From an uncultured Alphaproteobacteria bacterium (GTDB lineage Bacteria; Pseudomonadota; Alphaproteobacteria; HIMB59; GCA-002718135): DNA of 64,000 nucleotides. The DNA is taken from the NCBI GenBank assembly GCA_902553005.1, contig CACDIK010000004.1, positions 5,379-69,378 on the forward strand. The letters are read 5' to 3'. Shown piece after piece: positions 56,927 through 64,000 of this stretch. Under the pieces are notes generated by a model. That model was not told the origin of the DNA. It did not search any database and worked only from the letters and a program-made list of their open reading frames with translations. Position 1 is the first letter of the stretch, and each line of letters starts with the position of its first letter. The position numbers were made by a program, and so were the translations under genes.

Positions 56927-59900
56927 TTATAGACTTTGAATACCTAAACCTTCAGTATTTGGAGCAGATTGTATGTTGGCTTCTCTTGCTAATTGAAGGG
57001 ACATAGTGGAGCCAACTATAGCGTCTACAGATACGAAAGGAACAATTTTATTAATATCTCCAATCATATTTTCCACAGTGTCTCTTTGATCTCTACTAGT
57101 CACTGCGGCAATATTATTACCTTCTGAAGAATTATTTGAATTGCTACTTGATGAACTGCTAGAACTAGCTTCAGTGATTGCAGCGGTGACACTCTCGTTA
57201 ATAGCAGTGCTACTTGTATCTGTTACATCCATAGCACTACTTAAATAGCCACTAAGATCATAATCCACTGTTGCATCTTTTGCAGATCCAGCAGTTGACG
57301 ATGTAAAACTTGCTGTATTCACCACTGATAGATCACTACCAACTAACGTTAATCCTGAAACAGAACCAGTAGTGGAAACAGTCGCCGAGGTATTACCATC
57401 ATAGGTTTTATCACTAACGCCAGCTCCTGACGCACTAAAGTTGGCTGATTGTAGTGTTCCTGTTGTAGCCGTAATAGTAGCAAGTTCAATATCCCCCATA
57501 CTAGCATTTGTAATACCGCTTCCATTATTAAGTGTAATATCCAAATCACTCGCCGTTAAACTAATCGCTGTCGTCCCATCACTTTCGTAGGCTGCTAAAA
57601 TATCACCGGTTCCGCTATCACGCTGGGCACTCACTACATTATTACTTGATGTGTCACTCGCAATAATAGCTAAATTACCAGAAGTACTAATCGACTTATT
57701 AATATCAACATCACGTCCAGCATGCAGACTTAATGTTCCTGTACCAGTTGTTGTAATGGCTGAGTTAACAGTAATATCACTATTTGCTTGCAACGTCACA
57801 TTCACATTTGCATCAAGAAGATTTTTTAATTCTGTTGTATTAATAATCACATCATCGCTTGACGAGTCCGTATACGAATACCCCCCTGATAAAATATTTT
57901 CTTTCAGTAAAAGTGCACCACCAAGACCATAACCAGTGTTGCTATTATTGTAACCCAAATCCATTGGTGTACCTATAACTAACATTTTACCTGTATCGTC
58001 CATGGACATTGCCCCTCCTGCGTATTGGGTTTGATAATAATCAGTATTACCACTAATTCTTGATTTAAAAGTACCATTTGGAGTTATTGTTTGCTTTATT
58101 TCAGGGTTCCCAAAACTAGAATCTGAAAAACCAATTAGATGCAGTCTACTATCATCAGATCCACGACCACCTACAGCTAAACGGGTACCGTCCCCACTTA
58201 ATGCTATGGTGACATGATGCACTTTTTCTGTCCAATAATTAGTATATGAAGATGCACTGTTATATCCACCAGATACTACATGACCCCAATCAAAAGTTTC
58301 TGGGAGTATTTTACTATTATTATATAGATATCCTGAATTGCCCGAATAACAACTTTGTGTTGCCTGACAAGTAATACTGCTATCATTTTCTGATGTAATT
58401 GCCCCTACATAAGTTGGTGTAAGAAAATTACTATCAGCAAAGGTGAAAAGATGAATGGCATTCTGCGACTTGCTTGCGGTATTTACCACAGATCCCGATG
58501 TCGTAACTACAGAATTACATACACTTCCAGCGTTAGCATAAGAATTTGAACAATTAGCATAATTATGGAGAACGACCAACTTTGTTGCATCATTTGATAA
58601 TTCTATATCCCAACCAAAATAAGATCCACTAGCTCGCCACATTATTCGATTATTTTCAATTGGTGCATCATAGCCAATATCTAAACTATGGGAGCCAGTG
58701 AGATCTATACCTTGCATATAACCAGTATTACCCTTACCAATTCTTCCCGTAAATGATGGCGAAGAGAAGTTTGTATCACTGAACGAAATTAAGTTTATTC
58801 CTTCACGTTGTTGAGCATTTGTTTCCATAGTAAAATCTTGGTAAGTTAGCGCCAAGCGTGAACCATCTGCATTAAGTGCAACGTCTACGTGATGACCCCA
58901 TGAACTAGTAAATTCAGATTCTCCAGCGTACATATCAAGATCATTCGAAGTAAGTGGGATATCAAAACTAGAAAATCTAGTTCCTATTATGCCAACATGT
59001 TGGGGGTTAGAAAAATTGGTATCATCAAATTTTACTGTTCTTACACCGGGTATAGAGAGAGCGGTGCCTACCGTGTAGTCATTAATAACTGAATTTCTTC
59101 TTATCGCGTCAAAAGAATAAACTAAACGGTCGCCGTCTTGATCAAGTGCAACGTTACGCATATACATACCTGACGTATCAAGATCATTACTACCGCTTGC
59201 CCCATTATATAACTGTCCTCTTAATGTTGCATTACTAAAATCCGTATCATCAAAGGTAAAAAGTAAAATTCTACCTGTTTGACGTGGACAACCCCAACCA
59301 CAATGAGTGGGTATCTGTACTGATGCTATAGCTAAATTTTTTCCATTACCACTTAATGCAACACTAGATCCAATTCTTGTGGTTGTATCAGAATAAACAA
59401 TAGTACCACCTAAACTACCCTCACTACTATTTAAATCATAGTCCTTACTGCCGGTATAATCAAAACCAATCACGCCTTGTAAAGACCAACTTTGAGATCC
59501 AGCAGTATCACTGATGGTAATATTTTTGGGATCAAGAAGAAGATGACCACCCTCTACCATCTTGATATTTTGTAAACCTAAATAACGAAGAGTATCTTTT
59601 GATGAAATTTCTACTGAACCTCCTTGAAGTCCCATTGCATTAATATGCCCTAACATGGTTGTCTCTTGATCACTCCACAAAATTAGTGTGCCAGGTGTAT
59701 GATCTGATTCAATATTGAGGGTTGATCCATCATTAATAAAAAGTGTGTTAACATTTTCCATTGTTGGTACATTTCCCCACCTTGTTACAAATGTTTCTTC
59801 TTGCTCATTTGTTCTAGTGAGATCATATCCTCCTTGAAAGGCACCCCCTATGCGCACAAGCCCTCCTTGTTGTGATCCTGAGGCAGTAATATCCGATGAT

Positions 59901-61144
59901 AGAAGTCGAATAGAATTTGTTCCTTCTATATCAATGCGACCACCCTTAGCCGTACTCCCATTTGATGACAGTGTACCTGAGGAAATAATCCTATTACCTG
60001 ATAATTCTATTGATCCTCCATTTGTGCCATTAGCGGAAATAAGACTTTTATCCATTTGCATGATAGAGGGTGATGTAAGTTCTATTACACCACCAGTATT
60101 GTTTTGAGAGTCAGCTAGAATAGATCCAGAAACAATAAGTTCTCCTTTACTCGTAATTGTAATGCTCCCAGGTAAATCATCTGATACATCTATTGTTCCA
60201 CCAAGAGAAAGAGTATCACTGGTAATATTAATGTCCCCTGTTGACGTTGCTTTGAGAGATCCATCAATTTTAATAGTTCCACTTCCTGATAAAATAATTT
60301 TCCCATTTTGTTGTTCAGCTTTATTTGCAATCAAAGAGCCAGGAATATTAATTGCATTCGATAAAATATTTTTAGCTGTTCCAACATCTAACTCTATAGT
60401 GTTTCCCTTTGTTGAGCCACTATGACTGATTAAGGAGTCAAGTGTATTGCCTTCATTATCAACAACTGTTGATGCTGTATCAAGGGGAACTGCTACTTGT
60501 AAAAATTTGTCTCCACTTAAGTCTAGTGCGATTTCTTTTCCAGCGCCAAGACCAACTTTTCCAAGGTTTGCATTAATGGTACCTTCGTTATTGATCGCAC
60601 CACCTAGTAGTGCAGTGAAACCTCCATCCAAAGTTGTTATCGATCCTTTATTGATAACAGATTTCAATGACGATTGATTTGAAGAACTAAAAGAAAAAAT
60701 ATTATTGAGAAAATTATCATTGGAGAGAGCAAGCGTGGAGGCAGCAAAAGAATGCGCATTAATTGTAGATGTTGGTGTAAAATAGACACCGTTTTCATTG
60801 ACAACATATACCTTACCATTCGCATTCAAAGATCCTGCCAGTGTGGTAGGATTGCCGGAGATAACTCTATTAAGTGCACTAGAACTTGATGATGGTTGAT
60901 TAAAGGTAACGGTATTATTTTCTCCGATATTAAAACTATTCCATTCAATAATGGCTTGATCCGATTGTTGCTGTATCGTCATCGACTGATCATTGGAAGT
61001 AATAGTAATATCACCTGCAATAGTTGCATTACCACTTGGCAGCTCAGCCAATACAAAGCAGGAATAAAAAATGGTTATAATTAAAGTAATAAAGACTCTC
61101 ATAATATTTTTACGAGGCCTTTTTTTTATAAGGGTTTTGACCAA
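56927..61144 (-). CDS. Giant TpsA exoprotein 2 (paralogue of TpsA-1)
   Basis: 1405 aa. The called TTG start is at 61144; an ATG at 61102 (MRVFITLIITIFYSCFVLA..) gives a more conventional signal peptide. The TPS domain (FNQPSSSSSALNRVISGNPTTLAGSLNANGKVYVVNENGVYFT) and the first about 540 aa are colinear with TpsA-1. The repeat core is more degenerate and Cys-containing. The C-terminal module is homologous to TpsA-1 (KTYDGNTSA). Confidence 0.85.
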   Translation of the reverse strand: MVKTLIKKRPRKNIMRVFITLIITIFYSCFVLAELPSGNATIAGDITITSNDQSMTIQQQSDQAIIEWNSFNIGENNTVTFNQPSSSSSALNRVISGNPTTLAGSLNANGKVYVVNENGVYFTPTSTINAHSFAASTLALSNDNFLNNIFSFSSSNQSSLKSVINKGSITTLDGGFTALLGGAINNEGTINANLGKVGLGAGKEIALDLSGDKFLQVAVPLDTASTVVDNEGNTLDSLISHSGSTKGNTIELDVGTAKNILSNAINIPGSLIANKAEQQNGKIILSGSGTIKIDGSLKATSTGDINITSDTLSLGGTIDVSDDLPGSITITSKGELIVSGSILADSQNNTGGVIELTSPSIMQMDKSLISANGTNGGSIELSGNRIISSGTLSSNGSTAKGGRIDIEGTNSIRLLSSDITASGSQQGGLVRIGGAFQGGYDLTRTNEQEETFVTRWGNVPTMENVNTLFINDGSTLNIESDHTPGTLILWSDQETTMLGHINAMGLQGGSVEISSKDTLRYLGLQNIKMVEGGHLLLDPKNITISDTAGSQSWSLQGVIGFDYTGSKDYDLNSSEGSLGGTIVYSDTTTRIGSSVALSGNGKNLAIASVQIPTHCGWGCPRQTGRILLFTFDDTDFSNATLRGQLYNGASGSNDLDTSGMYMRNVALDQDGDRLVYSFDAIRRNSVINDYTVGTALSIPGVRTVKFDDTNFSNPQHVGIIGTRFSSFDIPLTSNDLDMYAGESEFTSSWGHHVDVALNADGSRLALTYQDFTMETNAQQREGINLISFSDTNFSSPSFTGRIGKGNTGYMQGIDLTGSHSLDIGYDAPIENNRIMWRASGSYFGWDIELSNDATKLVVLHNYANCSNSYANAGSVCNSVVTTSGSVVNTASKSQNAIHLFTFADSNFLTPTYVGAITSENDSSITCQATQSCYSGNSGYLYNNSKILPETFDWGHVVSGGYNSASSYTNYWTEKVHHVTIALSGDGTRLAVGGRGSDDSRLHLIGFSDSSFGNPEIKQTITPNGTFKSRISGNTDYYQTQYAGGAMSMDDTGKMLVIGTPMDLGYNNSNTGYGLGGALLLKENILSGGYSYTDSSSDDVIINTTELKNLLDANVNVTLQANSDITVNSAITTTGTGTLSLHAGRDVDINKSISTSGNLAIIASDTSSNNVVSAQRDSGTGDILAAYESDGTTAISLTASDLDITLNNGSGITNASMGDIELATITATTGTLQSANFSASGAGVSDKTYDGNTSATVSTTGSVSGLTLVGSDLSVVNTASFTSSTAGSAKDATVDYDLSGYLSSAMDVTDTSSTAINESVTAAITEASSSSSSSSNSNNSSEGNNIAAVTSRDQRDTVENMIGDINKIVPFVSVDAIVGSTMSLQLAREANIQSAPNTEGLGIQSL
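57904..59467 (-). repeat. Degenerate FG-GAP-like repeat core of TpsA-2
   Basis: Units such as ..RIGSSVALSGNGKNLAIASV...GRILLFTFDDTDFSNATLRGQL.., ..RNVALDQDGDRLVYS...VKFDDTNFSNPQHVGIIG.. and ..HVDVALNADGSRLALT...INLISFSDTNFSSPSFTGRIGKG... They are fewer and more divergent than in TpsA-1. Confidence 0.45.
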
Positions 61145-61248
61145 CCTTAATTAAGATTTATTGTAGATCAAATTTAGTAAATATTTACAATTAAATTATA
61201 ACAGTATTTAAAGAAAAATAAAAATTATTGCATTATGTAGCTCTAGTC

Positions 61249-62562
61249 TTAGCTTATTCGTTGATAAATCCTACCCATATAAGAGAAAAGGGTCAACGCT
61301 CTTGCAATAAAGAAAATGCAAAGTGATAGCCATAAGCCTGTATTCCCAAAACTTGCTATTAAAAAGAAAGAGACAACAATATAGATGGCGACAGAGACGA
61401 TCATCGCATTACGCAGTTCAGTTGTTTGCGAGGCTCCAACAAAGATACCATCAAATTGAAAACAAAAAGAAGCCGCAAAAGGAATAATAATAATCCAGTA
61501 AGAATAAGAAAAGCTGATCTCTCGTATATTTGGTAAGTCTGTCATTGTAATAATGTAATAATTTTTGCTCAAGAAAAAGATGGCACAAATTATTAATCCT
61601 GTTGCCGTGCTTAAGATAAAGGAATTTTTTATCACATCATTTAATAACTGTCGGTTTTTTGATCCAATAGAGTATCCAACGATACCTTCGGTAGAAAAGG
61701 CATAGGCATCAAGAACATAAGCGGATAACATAATAAAATTAAGCAAAATGGTATTTGCCGCTACTGTTTCTTCGCTGATAGAATTACTAAGATAGGTAAA
61801 ATATAAAAAGGCAAAAGCAAGAAGAAGAGATCGGATAAATATATTAAGATTAATATTAAAAATATTTTTTACTTTACTAAGATTAAAAATTTTTTTTGAA
61901 TTAAATTCTAATTTGGTCATCTTGCTTAAAGCATAGAATGTATAAAATAAAAAGATTATTGTTGTCAGCGTTGAAGCGACGAGCGTTCCTAAGGCAACAC
62001 CTAAAACATTTAAATTAAAATATAAAACAAAGACTAAGCTTAAAATTATATTTGCAATAGAATAAAACCCGACAATAAGACTGGATGTTTTTGTTTTTTG
62101 TAAACCAATAAATAATCCTGTAATTACAAAAATTGTAAGCTCACCAAAAGAGGAGTAAATACGAAAGGTAAAATAATCTTTAAAATAAAGTTTTGTTTCC
62201 TGTGATAACTCAAAAATAGATAAGGAAATATTATATATGTATGTTTGAAGAATAATTAATAAGAGGGAAATAATAATAACAAGAGCAATATTACGTAAAA
62301 AAATATTTATGATTTCTTCATAATCTTTTGATCCATCTGCTTGAGCGATCATTCCAACGGTACCTGATCGTAAAAAACCAAAACTTCCAAAAAGAATGGA
62401 AAAGACACTTGCCGCAATACTTGTAGCAACCAAGTAACTTGCATTATCAAGATTACCCATTAAACCCGTATCAACAATAGCCACAAAAGGAATGACTAAA
62501 TTTGCAAAGAAAATAGGGATAGATAATTTAAAAATATTTTGAATGGATGACTTTGATGACAT
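61249..62562 (-). CDS. MATE-family multidrug/compound efflux transporter
   Basis: 437 aa, 12 predicted TM segments, with the N-terminal ...SIPIFFANLVIPFVAIVDTGLMG.. MatE pattern. It is co-oriented with, and 104 nt upstream of, tpsA-2. Confidence 0.85.
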   Translation of the reverse strand: MSSKSSIQNIFKLSIPIFFANLVIPFVAIVDTGLMGNLDNASYLVATSIAASVFSILFGSFGFLRSGTVGMIAQADGSKDYEEIINIFLRNIALVIIISLLLIILQTYIYNISLSIFELSQETKLYFKDYFTFRIYSSFGELTIFVITGLFIGLQKTKTSSLIVGFYSIANIILSLVFVLYFNLNVLGVALGTLVASTLTTIIFLFYTFYALSKMTKLEFNSKKIFNLSKVKNIFNINLNIFIRSLLLAFAFLYFTYLSNSISEETVAANTILLNFIMLSAYVLDAYAFSTEGIVGYSIGSKNRQLLNDVIKNSFILSTATGLIICAIFFLSKNYYIITMTDLPNIREISFSYSYWIIIIPFAASFCFQFDGIFVGASQTTELRNAMIVSVAIYIVVSFFLIASFGNTGLWLSLCIFFIARALTLFSYMGRIYQRIS

Positions 62563-62631
62563 TTTAAGAATTTAAATTTTTATTAGTTAGTCTTTTTGAG
62601 GTTTTTTGTAATTTGTTCAAGTAGTAAGGAT

Positions 62632-62655
62632 AAAAAAAACCCCCGGATGTGGGGG
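62632..62655 (-). terminator. Rho-independent terminator inside the MATE upstream region
   Basis: On the minus strand this reads CCCCC-acatcc-GGGGG followed by 8 U. It lies 70 nt upstream of the MATE start codon, in a divergent intergenic region. Confidence 0.65.
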
Positions 62656-62940
62656 TTTTATAAATTCGGCTCATCACCTAATGCGAGGCCTTTTAAAAAA
62701 AGGTCTGCTTAAATTGCTTGTTTGGCTTTGGTTGTGGACACCACCCTTATTGTGTTGGCGGACTCATTTTTTTAACTCCTTTATATGGGAGCACGACAAT
62801 AATAACTTTATGAGATTCTAATTTTTTTTTCAAATAGAATATTGGTAAAAATTGATACTAAAGTATTTGGCAAATGAATTAAAAAGAATATAATTCACTA
62901 TCTTTATTTCTGAAATCTTATAAAGCTCTCACTAGTTAAA

Positions 62941-63420
62941 ATGAAAATTGGCAGATACAAATACGAATTTGATTTCTTCAGTTGGATAAAAAAAACAGAA
63001 CTAGTAGAACTAGATAGAGTAAATCCATCTGATGATCCCGTTCGCCCAGAACTTGATAATGATTTCCGTACAGCAAAGGGAAGAAAAATTTTTGGTCTAA
63101 AGTATAAAGACGATATTGAGGGTGTTGCTTGTTTTGCTTTTACCAATGAAATACCAACAACTATTAAAGAAATGGATTTGATGAGTATGGAAGAAGATGA
63201 AGCAACTATTCCTATTGCATACACAGTTTGGTCTTTTAAAAAAGGAGCAGGAAAAAAAATTATGAAAGAATTGCAAAAATATATTAAGGAAAAAAAACAA
63301 TTTGAAAGTATTGTTACTCTTTCTCCTTTGACACCAGTAGCAACACACTATCATATAAGAAATGGTGCAAGATTAATTAAGATTAATCCTACTACTCAGA
63401 ATTTTGAATATAAAATTTAA
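62941..63420 (+). CDS. Hypothetical protein, possibly GNAT-fold acyltransferase-like
   Basis: 159 aa. WSFKKGAGKKIMKEL resembles the GNAT acyl-CoA P-loop (Q/R-x-x-G-x-G/A). ..TLSPLTPVATHYHIRNGA.. resembles the malonyl-CoA-decarboxylase-type GNAT C-terminus. This is a weak, by-eye call. Confidence 0.35.
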   Translation: MKIGRYKYEFDFFSWIKKTELVELDRVNPSDDPVRPELDNDFRTAKGRKIFGLKYKDDIEGVACFAFTNEIPTTIKEMDLMSMEEDEATIPIAYTVWSFKKGAGKKIMKELQKYIKEKKQFESIVTLSPLTPVATHYHIRNGARLIKINPTTQNFEYKI

Positions 63421-63437
63421 AATTTATTTTAATTTAT

Positions 63438-64000
63438 TTATTTTTTCCACTTTTTAAACCACATAGGATCAGCAAATTCATCTAATTTATAGGTACACCA
63501 ATAAGAGTTCTTTCGTATTTTTTTAAATTTTTTATGATCGTATCTTGCTGGCCACTGATCTTCAAATCCGTAGGTGCCCCCGTGTGCTCTTCCTGATCTC
63601 TCTGCTAAATGACAGACCATTGGAAGTGGATCAAAAGGATCAGCTGATGTTGGTGTCATATAAATTGAGTCTTTTAAATCAGGACAACTTTCATCACCGT
63701 GCTCATAAATCATCTTACCTAAAATATATTGATTGTTTTGATTACTTAAAACACTTGGACCAGATACGTGGCCATTCGTATTACCTTTTGTACATTTCCA
63801 GGAAAATCCTTGACCGTGTAGAAGTTCATGAATTGTAATTTTAATTATTTCTTCTCTGGATCCCGCTCTTTTCATAAAAGTATAACCAGAATGGGTTCCC
63901 ATTTGACCACTATCCCTATGCGTGAAACTATCAACAAAGGAAAAATATAATTTTTTGGGATTATTAAATCCAAGATTTTGAATGAAGAAATCCGGATAGT
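63438..64000 (-). CDS. HExxH zinc-metallopeptidase-like protein, C-terminal part (open to the window edge)
   Basis: The ORF track starts at Met 63902. The frame stays open upstream to position 64000 (...YPDFFIQNLGFNNPKKLYFSFVDSFTHRDSGQMGTHSG...). It contains ITIHELLHGQG (HExxH) and several Cys. Confidence 0.5.
   Translation of the reverse strand, partial: YPDFFIQNLGFNNPKKLYFSFVDSFTHRDSGQMGTHSGYTFMKRAGSREEIIKITIHELLHGQGFSWKCTKGNTNGHVSGPSVLSNQNNQYILGKMIYEHGDESCPDLKDSIYMTPTSADPFDPLPMVCHLAERSGRAHGGTYGFEDQWPARYDHKKFKKIRKNSYWCTYKLDEFADPMWFKKWKK

Noticed and set aside
51930-60677. Many 60-140-aa ORFs on the + strand, or in alternative frames, inside the two tpsA genes (e.g. 51930..52346, 55014..55259, 55362..55640, 57651..57932, 59850..60677)
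   Set aside because: They are shadow ORFs opposite or within long, compositionally biased (G/S/T/N/D-rich) coding sequence. They are low-complexity, have no RBS and are fully nested in far better-supported genes.
61120-61127. T8/A8 homopolymer near the 5' end of tpsA-2 as a phase-variation switch
   Set aside because: Homopolymers of 7-9 A/T occur all over this AT-rich window. The tract lies in an N-terminal extension that is probably 5' UTR if the ATG at 61102 is the true start. Nothing indicates slipped-strand regulation.
51605-61144. Contact-dependent inhibition (CdiA/CdiB/CdiI) or haemolysin (ShlA/ShlB) interpretation of the TPS locus
   Set aside because: There is no VENN/pretoxin motif or variable C-terminal toxin. 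No small immunity ORF follows either tpsA. The gene order is tpsA-tpsA-tpsB, not cdiBAI. The two C-termini are homologous to each other instead of polymorphic.
62632-62800. Assigning the MATE leader to a known efflux-associated riboswitch class (guanidine-I/II/III, fluoride/crcB)
   Set aside because: By eye I find no ACGR-loop hairpin pair on the correct strand, no ykkC core and no crcB-type conserved segments. It is kept only as an unclassified leader/attenuator candidate.
62904-63838. ORFs 62904..63224 (-), 63097..63354 (-) and 63545..63838 (+)
   Set aside because: They are nested antisense within the 159-aa GNAT-like ORF and the HExxH ORF. Their translations are low-complexity (S/F/I/L-rich) and they lack start contexts.

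Overview
AT-rich, very gene-dense chromosomal segment with many 1-20 nt gene overlaps and almost no non-coding DNA. The gene content points to a streamlined marine alphaproteobacterium of the SAR11/Pelagibacterales type; this is inference, not a database match. It rests on EtfAB with a dimethylglycine/sarcosine-type dehydrogenase and a GcvT-like enzyme, CIRCE-groESL with a GGM-tailed GroEL, a CcrM-type methyltransferase and an alphaproteobacterial SH3b protein. Most of the window is housekeeping: argD/argF, trkH, mscS, groESL, sppA, ispE, udg, slt, rnhB, ccrM and two tRNAs. Four accessory-looking blocks stand out. (1) 20.2-30.4 kb: an eight-gene minus-strand catabolic/uptake cluster with a family-5 SBP ABC importer and four enzymes of unclear substrate. 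(2) 30.5-34.1 kb: five secreted or membrane proteins of unknown function. (3) 34.1-39.7 kb: a divergent ligase-associated DNA-damage-response cluster (Lhr-type helicase, PdeM, MBL exonuclease, ATP-dependent ligase). (4) 48.6-61.1 kb: a tightly packed two-partner-secretion operon. It encodes two giant paralogous TpsA exoproteins (1405 and 1771 aa) whose cores are FG-GAP-like repeat arrays, one TpsB pore and an orphan type-I periplasmic binding protein. Upstream of it sits a MATE efflux gene with a leader/terminator element. I consider block 4 the best candidate for an undescribed system. No CRISPR array, integrase, transposase, rRNA or recognisable phage genes were seen.
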